Below are positions 1-22,600 of a stretch of DNA of 64,000 bases, piece by piece; position 1 is the first letter of the stretch, and each line of letters starts with the position of its first letter. The notes beneath the pieces were generated by a model. It ran no database searches and was not told where the DNA came from. It worked only from the letters and a program-made list of their open reading frames with translations. The DNA lies in assembly GCF_964204645.1 (NCBI RefSeq), contig NC_134031.1, forward strand, positions 6,820,001 to 6,884,000. The letters are read 5' to 3'. The stretch is from Tubulanus polymorphus (Eukaryota; Animalia; Nemertea). The translations under genes were made by a program, and so were the position numbers.

Positions 1-1318
1 AACAGCTCGGTGTGACTGATGAATCTTCTAGAAGGGAAATGAGGATTTTAAGGATGATTTCATTTGTAGTATTTTTTGTCTATTATTCGCGAACTCTTTG
101 GTTTTGTGGGTCGTTATGGAGATACGTCTCGCAAGTCGTTCATTGGCATTTTCTATAACCGATTCTTCCGATTTAGCATTTTTCTGTCAAATTCTGGGAC
201 TCGAACTCGCTTGATGTAATAGCTGGGGTAAGCACTTCTTACTTTAGCTAGGATGATCGACCGCTCTACACAGAAACAATTCTGAGATATTAGCCATGAA
301 AATTGGGATTCGATACGCAAGCACCAAAGTGCCCTACCGGGATGCCTAACTCTTTACTACCGAATGGCTCATGATAGAATATATTTTCTACGATTTTAAT
401 GTATCAGTCTATCGTTATAATGACATGGGAAATTAAAAAGCCCTACCAATAACTCCGATTTTTAAAGATGTCACTAAAGTAAAGCAATTTTTGAAATAAA
501 TTACCTTACAAATACAATGCTTGCATACTAATTATACAGCAGTGTTCTAGAATATCTTCTGGAATTGTTTACTCGAAGAAATCAAACGCCAATCCACCAT
601 AGTCCTCCATTTTGTCAAGATGTCGCCAATGGGAATTGATTTTTAGTCGTACATGTATCAATTAAGAATTTATTTAACATATTATTAGATTTAAAAGACA
701 CGCATGAACACAAGGATTTCAATATTTATCAACATTTCGATAGTGAAAATCATAATTTTACAACATCGATATACAAAAAAAAACAATTAATTATCAATAT
801 TAGAAAACAAGATGACATTGAATTAATTCGAATTAACTTGATTAATTTCACAGTGAAAGCATTCAACTTTCTTGCATTATCATACTCGTTTGAATTGAAT
901 GAATTTGAATAGCTTGGTAAGCCTTTATTTCAGTATTACCCTTGGTTCCACAGTTGATAGTTAGAGTTAACTCCCGAGTTAATCAGATCATTTTCGATGT
1001 TTCAACTCATAAGTCAAACTTAACTCAGAACCGTGGAACTGGATCAGCCTGATATATGTATCACAGTAATTTATCATTCAGCTTTTAGCGTTCTTATCAC
1101 TCGCTTGATATTCAAATTTCTTAATTAGCAAATGGACATGACACTCGATTCCGACACTCACTCGGCAAGATGCGAAAAGTATTCAGTTGTTACACGAGCT
1201 AAGTATGATGTAGTTTAAAATTGCTCTGATAGATATAGTAACATGAAAAAAAAATTAATAAGCTACAATCGGTCTTTCGTTTGCTTATGAAATGTTACGA
1301 CACTCTTGAGATAATGGG

Positions 1319-1630
1319 GTGGTTCCCGCAGTGCTACTGTGGCAATCGATGATTCCACGTATGGCAGTCGAGGATCCGCCAGGTTCGCGAGTAGATAGTT
1401 GGTCGTCCGCGTTCGAATCATATCTGTATGACATTTTCTCCGAAATGAATCAATTATTAAAGAAAACAATACCGATATTCGAGTAGAAGAATGAAAGTAT
1501 TGTAAATTTTGTTGAAACATATGGAGTCTAAAAATCCAGTTCAAAATTCGTTGAAAATGAACTTATTTCAACTACGGACGACCAACTGTTTGTCACGCCA
1601 TCAGGTGGGATTGCTGGTTATGCGGGTTCT
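1319..1630. mobile_element. Interspersed TIR-bounded repeat; second copy at ~31950..32290
   Basis: Shared blocks gattcca.gtatg, tccgccaggttcgc, aaaaatccagttcaaa, acgccatc.ggtg; ends cccgca/tgcggg. Confidence 0.55.
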
Positions 1631-1698
1631 CATTGCGTGTGTATAAGGCGCTGTGAATAAACCTGAAATGCTGTTTTACTTTTCGTGTAAATTCATAT

Positions 1699-10075
<8,377 letters not shown>

Positions 10076-12255
10076 CGACGCTGTGTATTTATGCCGCAAA
10101 CACCATACATATCGCAATACCTAAACACGTATTACCTTCCACCGGTGAACGCCCATCGGAATGAGGGGTTCCATTTTTCGTCGCCAACAACACAAACGAG
10201 TTGATCAATTTTCATTCATTTTCCTGCAATGTATATGTGTGTGTATATATACATATATATTTTCACCTTCAGATGCGAGAACTGGAATCAATTTGAACAT
10301 TTATTTGTTCACGTGATACGGTAATTAAATAAAGCGTGGTCTCTTCAATACGTGCATTTCATACACAACAACAAAAAAAACAGCAGATGTCGGAGGAAAA
10401 TTCTATCGGAAAATCAAACACGGAGGCCTTGCATATTTTAGTGTTTTGAGTGGGAACACGTTCCAAAGTGGTGGCAAAAATCGGACGTTTCGTAGTAACG
10501 ACCAGTATTATGATTCCACTTCATATTCGATTTTCCTGGAAAGAGCTTGTTACCCTGATCATTGTGTCTATCAATATGCGTTTAACGCGACTAAGAACAA
10601 TGACCTGACAAAGTTGTACGATTAGGGATAAATACTTCAGTGGTGGCAAAATAGTGGTTGCAGTTTGTTGAACGATATTATCCGCCCCCGAAAAATATTC
10701 CGCTATTTTCCGGCCCCAACATGTTCTTCAAATACTAAGTAATACTAAGTAATGCGCACATATTAGAAAAAGATTTTTTTCTATCTTTTAAACCTTTTGA
10801 AAATTCATCTACTTGAATTCTTTTTTTTCACATAGGTAGTATTGTGCATTACTGTAAAATGGTGACTGGTACTAGTAAAGATATGAGTCCCGCAGTAACT
10901 TGAATACGCCCTTGAATATTCTTTAGAAGCTGATTTCGGAATATAGCATAAAAAGGCGAATTTCCAACAATATCTTTAGATTGGAATGATCATATTCACA
11001 CGCTGAAAAATAACCTCCATACACATTTCATACAACTGTATTACTTGTATACTTACATATTATTAACATGTGGCTGTATAAATGCTGTACTTTCACTCTG
11101 ACAGACAGAGTTAACAGTTACACATAGCCATTGAAAAGGGATAGATATGCCGACATAATCAACTCTCACGTTTTAAAATTCGCGATTCTATTTCAATTTT
11201 CAGACAGAAACTATTCCACTAGTGAAATTTACGGTCCACACCCGTCCGACACGGTCGATTCTACCTCCAGGTCCGATCCATTGCTGTCGAGATGGGCACT
11301 ACGTAAGTGTATATGTTTATCGCTGTAAAAGTATCAGTGTATGGAAATTTGATATCGAAATTTGATTCCCAGTAATTGATGTTTCAAACCAGTCGGTCCC
11401 ACGATCACGCGTTAATAAAAAAAAGCCAATTAAAGCGCATTATAACGCGGAGCTATTGAAATTGATTAAACTGTTACACGAAAATATTGCGTCGATGGCA
11501 ACGCGTAAGCTTTATCAGCACGTTGAATGAAATGATTAAATTTACAAGGGCAGATTTAGGGACTGGTCTGGGGCGTCTGGACCCCTGCCTTCCCAGTGAG
11601 GTTGTCCGTTTCGTCAAGACAGAAATAGTTAAAGCCTGCAAACTTGACGCTCATCCTCTCGGAATTTGCAACTTTTAGGATTTATTACTCCAAAAATATA
11701 TTAACACCGAGGATAGAACCATCCCGCTCGGACGTGGCTACTTTTTGCGAGAAATGCATTTTCCTTTCTTCTGGACCCCAGCTTACAATTCCACCAGATC
11801 CGCCCCTGGAATACCCCACAAATTGTCAAAAACTACTAAACCTAGGAATTGATAACACTGGAGAAACGTCCTTATATCCCAAAGAACTGGAACGAGAAAC
11901 GTCACTCCTCCACTTTCATCAATTTCCACGATAGGCCTACGTATTATTAGGTTAAAGCGAAATGTAAAAGAACCTCATCATCCGATCACGGAAAGGTGTT
12001 TTTCTTAGAATTTTAGAATGTCGTTTACGATTTTCGATGTTGATTCTTATCGATTCTTATCCGCGATGCTTATCGATTTCATTCAAATCGTTTAAGATTA
12101 TATTTATGATAAAATCAAAGAAACGAATGGAGTCACATTTAAATGCTGGTGTGCATTGGTATAGGAACGCGTATCAGTATACATCTAAGTATCATGAATA
12201 ACGTATCAAGTTTAATATCGTTATTGGTCAAAATGCATTTAATGGGAAAATTTGC

Positions 12256-12575
12256 CATCGGCCTTAATTTCACTTATTGAGTCCAATGATAAAAACAGAT
12301 AAAATTATAAATTCATGGGTGGTTGATGTATCATATAATTTCATGAATGAATATGCGTGTTAAAAGCCCAATACCGGTAGATGAAATAAAAAAGAGTATA
12401 TACGTATGTACATCAGCCTTTAATTTCACTTATTGAGTCCAATAAACAGATCGAAAAAATCATAAATTCATGGGTTGTTGATTTATCATATAATTTCATG
12501 AATATTTGCTTTTCGGTGCCCCATATGCGCGACAAAGGCCTAATACCGGTAGATGAGATACAAAGTATTTGAAAA
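12256..12575. repeat. Diverged ~155-bp tandem duplication
   Basis: taatttcacttattgagtccaat...tcatataatttcatgaat...aataccggtagatga occurs twice in tandem. Confidence 0.8.
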
Positions 12576-13401
12576 TATGGTCGTTGGTACCAGCTCGATT
12601 TGTGAAGTACCAATGGATCAGAATGCTCTGGTTTTGAAATTTCGATAACCGTTTTTTAAATTTACGTTACAAGAGCCATTAGAGAGAGAGCTACTCACAA
12701 AAACCAGTTCCGATGGAATACATCCCGAATTAGAACCTGCGAACATCCGTTCAATTAGCCAGCGTTCACTGATGATAGCCGTGAGAAACAGAGAATGATC
12801 ATCCCACACTATCGGTAGTGTGTATAGTGTAGGATTTTTTCATATTTTTTGATTCCGTTCCATCTGCTGTTGATGTTAATCGTGATGTATAACGTAAAAT
12901 AAAATCCCCCTGTGCATATAATGGACAATCTATCAACATGATTTCGAACAAAACTTTCTGATATCATCTGTTAAAACTCTTGTTTCGTTCCAGGCGGGTG
13001 CGGCATGTTTGTAATGGATGTACAAAACTCAATTAATCAAATCAAAATAAAACAATCAAATGAAAAAGAGGGACATTTCCCTATTTCTAAGATCTAAAAA
13101 AAAAATCTGTACTGCATTACTGTATTCTGGCTCTCGGTTAACATTTGCGTATGTTTCGCCCCCGGCAGGTTTGATGGGCTCGTAAGGAACAATGACAACA
13201 AATCAAACGATATCTACCAATCAAGTAAATAACAGGGTCAATCCCTATTTTGAGATTTTTTTTAACACGTCTTAGAGAACTGAACAGTAAAGAAAAGGTT
13301 GTTGTTTCCTCAATGAAATCTGAACAATGAATTGAGCCTACATAAAACAAAGATGCGAAATGCAATCGTAAGAATTCCGTGAATGTGATTCGTATAGACA
13401 T

Positions 13402-13550
13402 GATGACTGGCAGGCTGAACGACTGGCGCTGGTGACTGGGCGATAGGATAACTGGACGACTGGATGACTGGCCGACTGGACGAATGGACGTGGATGACTG
13501 GACGACTGGATGACTGGATCACTAGACGACTGGCTGACTGGCTGACTGGA
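13402..13550. repeat. Degenerate 8-bp minisatellite (GACTGGAY)n
   Basis: Repeated gactggac/gactggat/gactggct units. Confidence 0.9.
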
Positions 13551-13856
13551 CAGCTGATAGAAATATTCAAAAATAAATGAATCCAGGTAACGCGTCTGTT
13601 TAAGTCCTTTGCAATTATTAAACAGTCGCTAGGGGTCACTAGCATACGGGAAATTTCCCCTGGGAAGTGATTCAAGACGTCGATCGTCAACGTAGTTACC
13701 AAAATATACCCTAAGTTACTTAGAAACCGCTCTAGAAACGGTAACTAATCAGTCATTAAGATTAACTCATGGCAGATGTAGAACTTGTGAAGTTCGGAGA
13801 ATTATCTTCCCTCAGATAAAGAATTCTTAATAATAAGATCCAGAGATCTTATAATT

Positions 13857-15376
13857 ATGAGATATACGGCATTTATGCTGATAGTAGCGCTCGTGGTGCG
13901 ATATCCACCCAAACCACAAGAGCGTAGCTTAAACCGGTAAGAATTAACCGAACAATTGCATTTCAACAAATGAGACCCAAAACTGACATGCCCATTGAAT
14001 CGTATTTCATCGCGATTGTTTCAATTATATTCCTTGATCTTTCTGCCGCGGCTCCCGTGAAGAATATCGTCCGAGTTGTTCAAAACTTTTCATTTCCAGG
14101 CCTCACATGATGGCAGGTTTTTATGAAGGCATCGATGAATATTTGACGGGTGCGTCAAATGTGACAGATGTTGCTGAAGACGTTGCTACCATTGTTTACG
14201 AGTGAGTTTCTTCATATCATATTCATGATTACGTATATTATTCAAACTGATTTTTTAATATATTCATCATATTTCTATTTCCAATTTATGTAATAATATT
14301 TTTTGTTACAGTGACAGCATCGGAGCATCGGAGATAGATGAATGCGAAGATCAGACGTCGAATGATGACGTCATCTCGTGGAATAATGCCACTTACGTTG
14401 TGGTGAATATTTCACCTCTTAATGAAGTTGAGAAGTCAGAGACCCGTAGCAGTGAAACTTCTCACGAGCCAGATGAAAATTGCTGCAATGTTGCCGGCAT
14501 AGTCCCTGAAATTGTTATGAGCATTTGCTACATGGTGGCTCTGACTGTTATCGATATGTACATGTCGTCTGTCTTGATCAAGATAATTTATGAAAGTAAG
14601 GCTTCCAGTGTTCTTCCACATATTCTTACAAGGGGAGAATCCAGAGGCCAATTTTGAAGAAATTTGTCACATCCCGAAAGGTCACTTTGCTGTCCGAAAA
14701 GGCAACTTTAGAATGAAATGCACCAAGTAGTATCTAAATTGTTGACAAAATTAAAAAGGGCACTTTAAAAAAATTTTGATAGACTTGTGCAAGTCTCGCA
14801 AGTCCCCCTGCACCGCCCCTGCAAGTACAGCTTTAGTTTTGCAACTTCAGCGTTGAATTACTTTGAATGAAAATATCCACGTGTAAATAAAACAATTTTC
14901 CGACATCATTATCGAATCAGACTAAATCACTATTTGAATATTCGTGTTAATTTTTAATTCACTTTCTTCCAGTCGCGAAATGTCGACGCGATGATGTAGA
15001 ACTACGTTTACGCAGAGTATTCGGTGTCTATCCAGATGTATCGTCAGAGATCACGAGAATATTGGACGAATATTACACTAGACACGACATGGTTCCGATA
15101 CTCGTTGAATTTATGGAAGAGCATCGACTTTTCGCGTGGAGCAACGACGATTGCGAAACAGTTCAATGGCAGTATATATGCAAATATTGCGTGAATCCAC
15201 CTCATAAATCAAAAATTTACACTATCGATACGAGAGATATGGACCAGCCTCCAGCGTGGCCGTTTTGCCTGTCAGCGAGCCCCGTGCTTCCCCCGGATCC
15301 GTACGACGATCTTCTCAGAGAGCTGCGAAGAGAAATGCACGAAAATCCCGCCTGTGCTCACGAATATATCAGTTAA
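13857..15376 (+). CDS. Uncharacterised putative single-pass membrane protein, 289 aa; join(13857..13936,14100..14201,14312..14595,14973..15376)
   Basis: Three GT-AG introns with good consensus (CG|gtaaga, GA|gtgagt, A|gtaagg; ttccag, ttacag, ttccag) and compatible phases 2,2,1 give an open 870-nt frame. Hydrophobic N-terminus (MRYTAFMLIVALVV), acidic region with NVT/NAT/NIS sequons, hydrophobic segment IVPEIVMSICYMVALTVIDMYMSSVLIKII, and AATAAA near 15410. No family recognised. Confidence 0.65.
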
Positions 15377-17829
15377 ACGTACTCATATTCCATACATTTT
15401 TACGATCGAAATAAAACTTTGATTTCTTATATATTTTCTTCCTGAGTCGTTGGGATTTTATCGGAATCAAATAAATTTGTTAATACCGACAAAATAATCT
15501 GGAGGTCTTCCTCCTTAATACCATATAAGGCCATATAAAATAAATTACTTGATTCTCATCAGAAGTTGTGAAAAAAATCGAAGAGGGAGGTTTATGTTTC
15601 ATATTTCATATGAAATATTCCACTGATTTGCTCTAATGATGTATGAAGACTAGCAACACCTCTATATTGTCTCCGAATGAAAATGGGTCAACGTGTGTTG
15701 GAACAACTAGCTTCCAATCATCAATACTAACGGTAGGTAGAGTAAACGTCGCATAAGTCGGATCATTTGGGACCAGCAAAAAAAATCCGACTATGGGCAA
15801 GTCGGATTTTTCACTTTTTAAATAAAAATCCGATATGGCCATAGAAAACGTCACTGAATGGAATAGAAATAAGAAATGAAAATGAATGAAACTCACTTAT
15901 TCATTTTTCCTATTTCAACATAATATCCTTGTTATGATGAAGCCTATTTTCATCATCTGAATGAATAGTGTAATCTTATACATGATTAATAAATTATCCG
16001 ACTTTTGAGACAACAATTTGAATAGATTTTATATTTTGGGACCACACTTTACACTACGGCATAGGCGAGTTTCCGACTAGTAAAATCCAACTTTGGAACA
16101 GAAATTTACTTGAAAATAAGAAGAATAATACGGGCCACTGAATTTATACGACTCGAGTCCGTTTATCCGATTTTTGCGGATCCGACTTATGCAAGCTTTA
16201 CTGTATTTTTCTTTATCCACGTGCTTTTAGTTTCCATGGTGCATATTTGAAGTCATTAGTCATTATGAAACTGGGGAAAGATTTGAATACACGCTCGTTA
16301 CCCCGTAATAAAACTCTGCATTCTGCATCCCTGGAAGACATGTGCGTAGATTAATATTTATTTCCGTCTGGCGCGTGAGGTATGTTTTCGCAAGTATGTT
16401 AAGATATATGTGGATGTCTCTGACATTTATGATTCGTTCATGATTCAGTGTGTAAGACAGCATGAATACTCGATAAGATGTAACGCATCGGCATCTCGCG
16501 TAGCTTTCAGGGATTGTGCTGCACTATCTAGAACACCGCCCAATCGCAGCTGCCAAATTTGCAGTCGGAACTTAGGTATAATGATATTTTCTGAAATTTG
16601 CGTCTCCGTGAGATGCAATGGAAGATTCGCGGTTGTAAAAAACTTTTCTTGAGATAAATAAGATTAATTTTTGTCATTTTCCCAATTTTAAGACGAGTTG
16701 CCCAGGGGTTCCAGTGGTGAGTTAGAGTTGTTGTAACTCGAGTTCAAATTTGTTCACTTTTAATGAGTCCGAGTTAAATCTTAACCAGATATGGACTGAT
16801 GGTTCGGCGGAAGGCCGTTATCAAGGGGAGGGGTCGTGGGTATCTAAAATACCCATCAGTGCCCTTCAAAAACTCAGTGTCAAAAATTTGGGTCAAGGTT
16901 TTTCGAAATTTTGATATGCTTTTTTTAATAAAAAGTACGAGGCCCTGCCATTCTCACTGCAGTCGGATTTTTTGGGGGGATCATATTTAAGATCTGTTCT
17001 ATTTCAATAAGAAAGTGCCCCTTTTAACGATGAAAAGGTGTCCTTTTCCTGGAAATAGAACCGCCCCTCTAGCTCAGCGCCTCAGCGCGGGCCTGGGATG
17101 CGTCTTAGCCGGACTAACGCGCCGTCCTGAGGAAATTTCGGTACAATAAAGAGTTAATTGAATTGAATGTATAAAGTCCCAACCGATTCCAGAACCGGAG
17201 TTTCTACTGCACCAACATATGACGGAAGACACGGAAGTTAATTGTTTTTTTTTTTAAGAAAAATAATGAATAAATGCGTGATTTTCGTCGTTATCAGCTC
17301 TGTATAGCAATACGAGGTAAAGTTCGTCTTCACGAGTCGAATGTGTTCAAACAGTGTTTAACCACATACCCTTGGCCTCTCTATCAGCATTTCGTTGTCC
17401 GGCCTTTTCAATTTCTTGATTCACTCTCCACTCCGAAACGGCCAACGCCAACAACAACAGATACTGAGAAAGTGAGAAGTGAAAGTGTTGTTTTTTTTCA
17501 TTTAAATCGTCCTCGACCCATCCCCTCTCCTCTCGTTCTTCCCTTCCTTCAGTCGGCCCCATGTCTTCACCCCACACCTGGAAACATTTCTACACATCCG
17601 GCCTATCCAGTAAGGTAGTCAGTAACCTGACTGTGGTTTAGTTTCACGATCGGATATTTTCACAAACCACAGTCAGGAATGGGAAGGTCATTTTTGTATG
17701 AAATCTTCGTCAATTTGACTGACGAGTAATTTGCCTGGCATTTCATTGTCTCTTAAGATATCTGTCTCATTTTTGTTGTAATCGACGCACAACAGATTCG
17801 TAGTTTGTCTGATACATATAACACCTCAC

Positions 17830-18287
17830 CTGACGATCTTAATCCATGTGCAAATCGGCCGTAAAGTGAGAGTAAATTTCCGTCCAGTCAACAGCTGCCA
17901 TTTTGAAAATTACTGGAGGTGCTGGCACCTGTGGACTGAGGCCAGGACAACAGCACAAACTAACAAAGCGAAACGACGAAATTTAAAAAAATTTAAAAAT
18001 CAACACTTATTCACATTTTTCTTTTACCAGAAATTTATTATTTCATTATTTATTATGGAAAACACGAAGACTTGAAATAAAAGTTGGAAAACCATCAAAA
18101 ATAAAAATTGTCGTTTCGTCTTGGAAGTTTTATATAAATCCTTGTAGGTCCCCTTGTCTTATCATGCCACATGTGCAATACAGAGAAATGGCGGCCAATG
18201 GCGAAATTTGTGGAGAAATTAATTAATTTCTCAAAATAATGTTGATTAATCACTCGAAACATACATAAAATTGGATTATTTCGAAAG
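17830..18287. promoter_or_regulatory. Candidate bidirectional promoter / 5' non-coding exons upstream of MIB2
   Basis: Outward-facing YY1-like motifs (gccatttt near 17897; aaatggcggc near 18186), each followed in its own direction by a splice-donor-like site (minus cag|gtgagg at 17830; plus aag|gtacct at 18287). The MIB2 ATG exon has an upstream acceptor (cttacag), implying a non-coding first exon. Confidence 0.3.
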
Positions 18288-19633
18288 GTACCTGTGTTAG
18301 TTTGTGAATTAAGCCATTAATTGTGGACTGAAGTGAATAGAAAGTATATTTTTGAAGTGTTACTTTTTTCAACCGTGTTTTGGTCCTTGTCATCCCTAAC
18401 GTTGGTATAAGCCCATCCGATTATAAAAAGCTTACCACCAACGATTAGGTAACTAACTACCAGTAAGGCAGTATTGAGTGTACCCCAACCAGTTTAATTT
18501 TGGCAACGCAGTTTGGATATTTTACCTTGTACGACAGAGTTTTTATTTACCCTATTTTTCCGTACATCGTCGCTGATTGGCTCATTTACGCCGCGTATGC
18601 GTACAGAGGTGCGCGACTTAAAAAATTCAAGGAAAGTGTGGAGAATTAGTTAGAGACCTGGGCCAGTAAATAACTAGTGCAGCATCATACCACCAAGCTC
18701 ACTTAAAACCAAATGTTTTAACTTCATATATAGCATAGCACCTTACCTTACCTTAACCATAGCGCTTGGGGTAAAACAGGCCCTGAAACCAAACCCTCTG
18801 GGTCCTTTAGACCCTAAACCCATCAAAACCCTAACCCTAAACCCAATAAATGAAAGTATCCACTTTGTTTTGTCACTTTAGGTGGTTCTTTTGTCAAGCA
18901 CAGCTCTGAGCTTGTCACCACAACATACTTCCTGGTATCAAATATGCTCTCTCTCTCTCTCTCTCTAGCTATCATATGATAGAGGATAGTTGATACCAGT
19001 ATATGTAGGCCTAACCCAAGGACACCCATCATCTTTTCCTAGATCCCTTATAGCATGAATTAGGTGTTGCTCTATCAGACCTTTACCCGGTATTTTATGT
19101 CGATATATAGCTAAAGAAATTGATGATACATAAGCCACGATCACACAAGCGTTTTTGGCTCTGGCCAAATTTTGTCCAGAACATTCACGCAGCTGCCAAA
19201 TGCCTGTTTGGACCAACCAAAAAGGTCAGACCAGGTCTGAGCCAAATTTAGCATGGAGCAAATGTTGCGTTTGAATTGCAACTGACCCACTTGACCCACT
19301 TCACTTTGTTTCAGTGTTGTTTAGTATCAAGCGAGTGGTTTGCGTGTGGGCGCGCTCTCTAATTAGGCACGGGCCAAACTTGGGTCTGATGCGGGCCAAA
19401 TCTCAGTGTGATTGCAGCAATGTTAGTCATTTTTGCTGAGTTTTAAAGTTTACCCGGCCGGTCGCCTATCGACCCCGTTCATGATATATTTTTAAATCAT
19501 GATCAAGCTAACAATAACAAGACATGACAGTTATAGAAATGAACTGACTACAAATTTCACCATCCGATTTCGAGAAACGAGGTCTCTTCTTTAGCCTAAA
19601 TAGAGCTGAATATTTTACTTACAGAGATTACGA

Positions 19634-22600
19634 ATGGAGTTGGGATTACGCGTCGTCCGCGGTCCCGATTGGAGATGGAGCGAGCAAGACGGAGGCGAAG
19701 GTCACGTCGGGACGATCGTAGAAATCGGGAAACCGGGAAGTACGACGTCACCGGATAAAACCGTCGTCGTACAGTGGGATTCCGGTTCGAGGACGAACTA
19801 CCGAGTCGGATATCAAAACGCTTACGATCTGACGATATTCGACAACGCTCCCGTTGGTAGGTCATCTTATCAATAATTCGGTGGTTCGCGTCGAAACCGG
19901 TAGTTTTTGAAGGTTATGTGGAAATTTGCGTAATTTCATAGCGGATATAATGAATCGAGGAATTGATGGCCTCTGATCGTGCACACCATCAAGAATTTTG
20001 AAGAAAAAAATGCGCAGAGAAGTTTTTACCGAGATATCCGAAACGTAACTTACTAAAAGATAACGATATTATTTGCAATAGAAATTTAATGTGTTTTCGT
20101 TTTTATCCACTAGGTGGGTTTGAAAAATTTTCGATAAAAGATCCCAAAAGGGGCACTTATTCAAAAAGGGGGCTGCGTGCCCTGCAAATCTGCCACTGGT
20201 ACTATAGTACTCTAGAAATGCTCAACAGGGCATGTTTGAGGGCTCGTTCTGCTATAAGAAGTGGTCGAAATTGTCCCCCAGACAACAATGTGGCAATGAA
20301 ATTTTCCAACTGTCAGCCATGTTTGAAACAGCATAACTGCATTTTTAGCCCACTTGGGACTTTAGTCCCAGCAGGCTATTGCGTTCACTTTTCGTCCGTC
20401 CGTCCAAAGACGGAATCCAGTTATTTTGGGAAGTTTTGAAGACACTTCAAGGTTATGTCTTGATATTTCGGTTACACATGCATCTACCCTAGACACATCT
20501 TCAGCCCAAAAACTGGCCCTGTCAGATTCAAGATGGCCGACTGGCAGCCATTGTTGTTTGCCAAAATCAGCACTTTTTACACATTTTTGACATTTTTGAG
20601 GGAAATTTTGAAGACGCTTTGATCAATTACCTTGATCTATCGGATATATATGTGAATTCCCCCAAGGCCCATCAGCATAACAAAAATTGGGTCGATCGGA
20701 CTTAAGATGGCCGTCCTATGACCTTTTTAGTGCCCAATTTTGGCCCAAATTCTGAGTCCTGTAGCTTCCTACTGGTTTATCATTTCTTTCTCATTGCAAT
20801 TTGTGATGGGTATTCTTTGGAAAGGGATGTTTTATACCTGAGATACTGATGTTTTATACCTTTTCATCAGCCAATTATGACGCAATTGGCGGCCATCTTG
20901 GTGTCAGCAGTACTCGTTCGTAAGTGGGAAAAAGTTTTGCCACATTATATTGATACCTAAGCGTATTTTGTTACCACAATCATTTAGAAAGTTGTAGCTC
21001 ATAACGTGTTCTATGATTGTGGTGAGTTTCAAGGTCATTGGTTTTTGTATATGGCCACCAGGGGGCGTTGAATAATGCAATATCTTAGTATTTCTATATT
21101 ATATTCATATCAATGCATATTTTGTAACCACAATCAATTACAAAGTTATAGTTCGTGACATGTTCTATGATTGTGGTGAGTTTCAAGGTCATTGGGTTTT
21201 GAATATGTTCACCAGGGGGCTTTGAATAGTAGAATAACTTAGTATTTCCATATTAAAGTGGTAACGAGGCATATTTTTTATCGCAATCAATTACAAAATC
21301 GTAGCTGCTGACATGTTCTATGATTGTGGTGAGTTTCAAGGTCATTGGATTCTGTATATGGTCACCAGGGAGCGTTGAATATTGAAATTGTTAGATTGTT
21401 GAGCATTTGGAACCACTTCCCAAGTGGGCATGGTGTCCCTGGACCCCCTAGTTCTGGTCCAACAGAGTCCAGACCATCAAATTCATCATCGTGTCTGTGC
21501 ACCCAGAGGTTACCCTAGATATGCTGCCAAAACCGTTGCGTAACAGCTGGATGAATAATCGAAATATATTCACTAGCGATAATGACAACACTTGAACTTT
21601 GCCATTTATGGTACATTTCCAAGATTATCTACATTTTAAACGAGTCGAACAAAATAACAACACTTGATATCGTTCTAAACAATTTTACGGGTCATCGTTC
21701 GGAATTCGGTATTAATCGAAATAGGCTGAGTAATAATTTGTCGTTCGCTTATTTTTTTTTCTTTAGGAATTCGTCACGAGTCTGTGATATGCGATTCGTG
21801 CAAGAAACAACATATAATGGGTATAAGGTGGAAGTGTTCGCGGTGTCAGAATTTCGACCTGTGCACGCCGTGTTACATGTCCGATAAACACGACACGAAT
21901 CATTCGTTTTATCGCTACGACAATCCGGAAACTCCGAGGTAACCGTCGTTTTCGTTAGCAACGTACGCATTATACGGAGATAACGTGCCACCGACAAGAA
22001 AAGCCGCTTTTTGGGCAGTAGGAAAAAATGCCATCAGAAAAAAAGCAAAAGTATTTAAATCCTTTCAGTGCTGACTAATTGATACCTTATAGTGCTGGAG
22101 ATAATTTGAATATTTTGAGAAATTCCACCCTAGTGTGTTGAGTAACAGGAATACCACTATAGTGCGTCTACACCGCGGCGCAGTGTATTGTTAGTTACTA
22201 ATATTTCACTATGTTTGACAGGTGCTGCCATTTTTCAAGAGAGATAATTACTAATTACATCAATACGCCGCAGTGCGGTGTACTAGCAAAATTCATCACC
22301 GATTCATACACCGCACTGCGGTGTAGACGCACTGAAAGGGTTAATACATAAGTTAAACTGCATGCAATGATTATCTGCTTTGCCACGTGAATACAATTTG
22401 AAGCTTTTGGTCATGTATCATCCATTGTATTCATTATATCAGATCATTGTATTGTGAGGTCTTTTACAGTCTGGTAATTTACCGCGTATCTCAACTCCAA
22501 TTCAATATTCAATTCAATGTTCATTATTCAAAATATCTTTATTGCTCAGTAATGACTTTTACATTATTTGTTTTGTACAATTCAAGAATGAATTATGGAT

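Noticed and set aside
12-50. CTGATGA..GAAA hammerhead-like string (also CTGAAGA plus hairpin near 36344)
   Set aside because: The first lacks a stem I pairing and has a marginal stem II; the second lacks GAAA.
188-258. tRNA-like sequence on the minus strand (B-box-like GTTCGAGTCC)
   Set aside because: No convincing cloverleaf or acceptor stem; at most a decayed SINE head.
13970-14110. 46-aa ORF with a signal-peptide-like stretch (YFIAIVSIIFLDLSAAAP)
   Set aside because: Lies in intron 1 of the orphan model and stops at 14110 out of frame with the downstream exons; no plausible intron rescues it. It cannot be fully excluded as an alternative start.
18740-18846. Degenerate CCTAA/CCCTAA telomere-like units
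   Set aside because: Only a few imperfect units; not enough to call an interstitial telomeric array.
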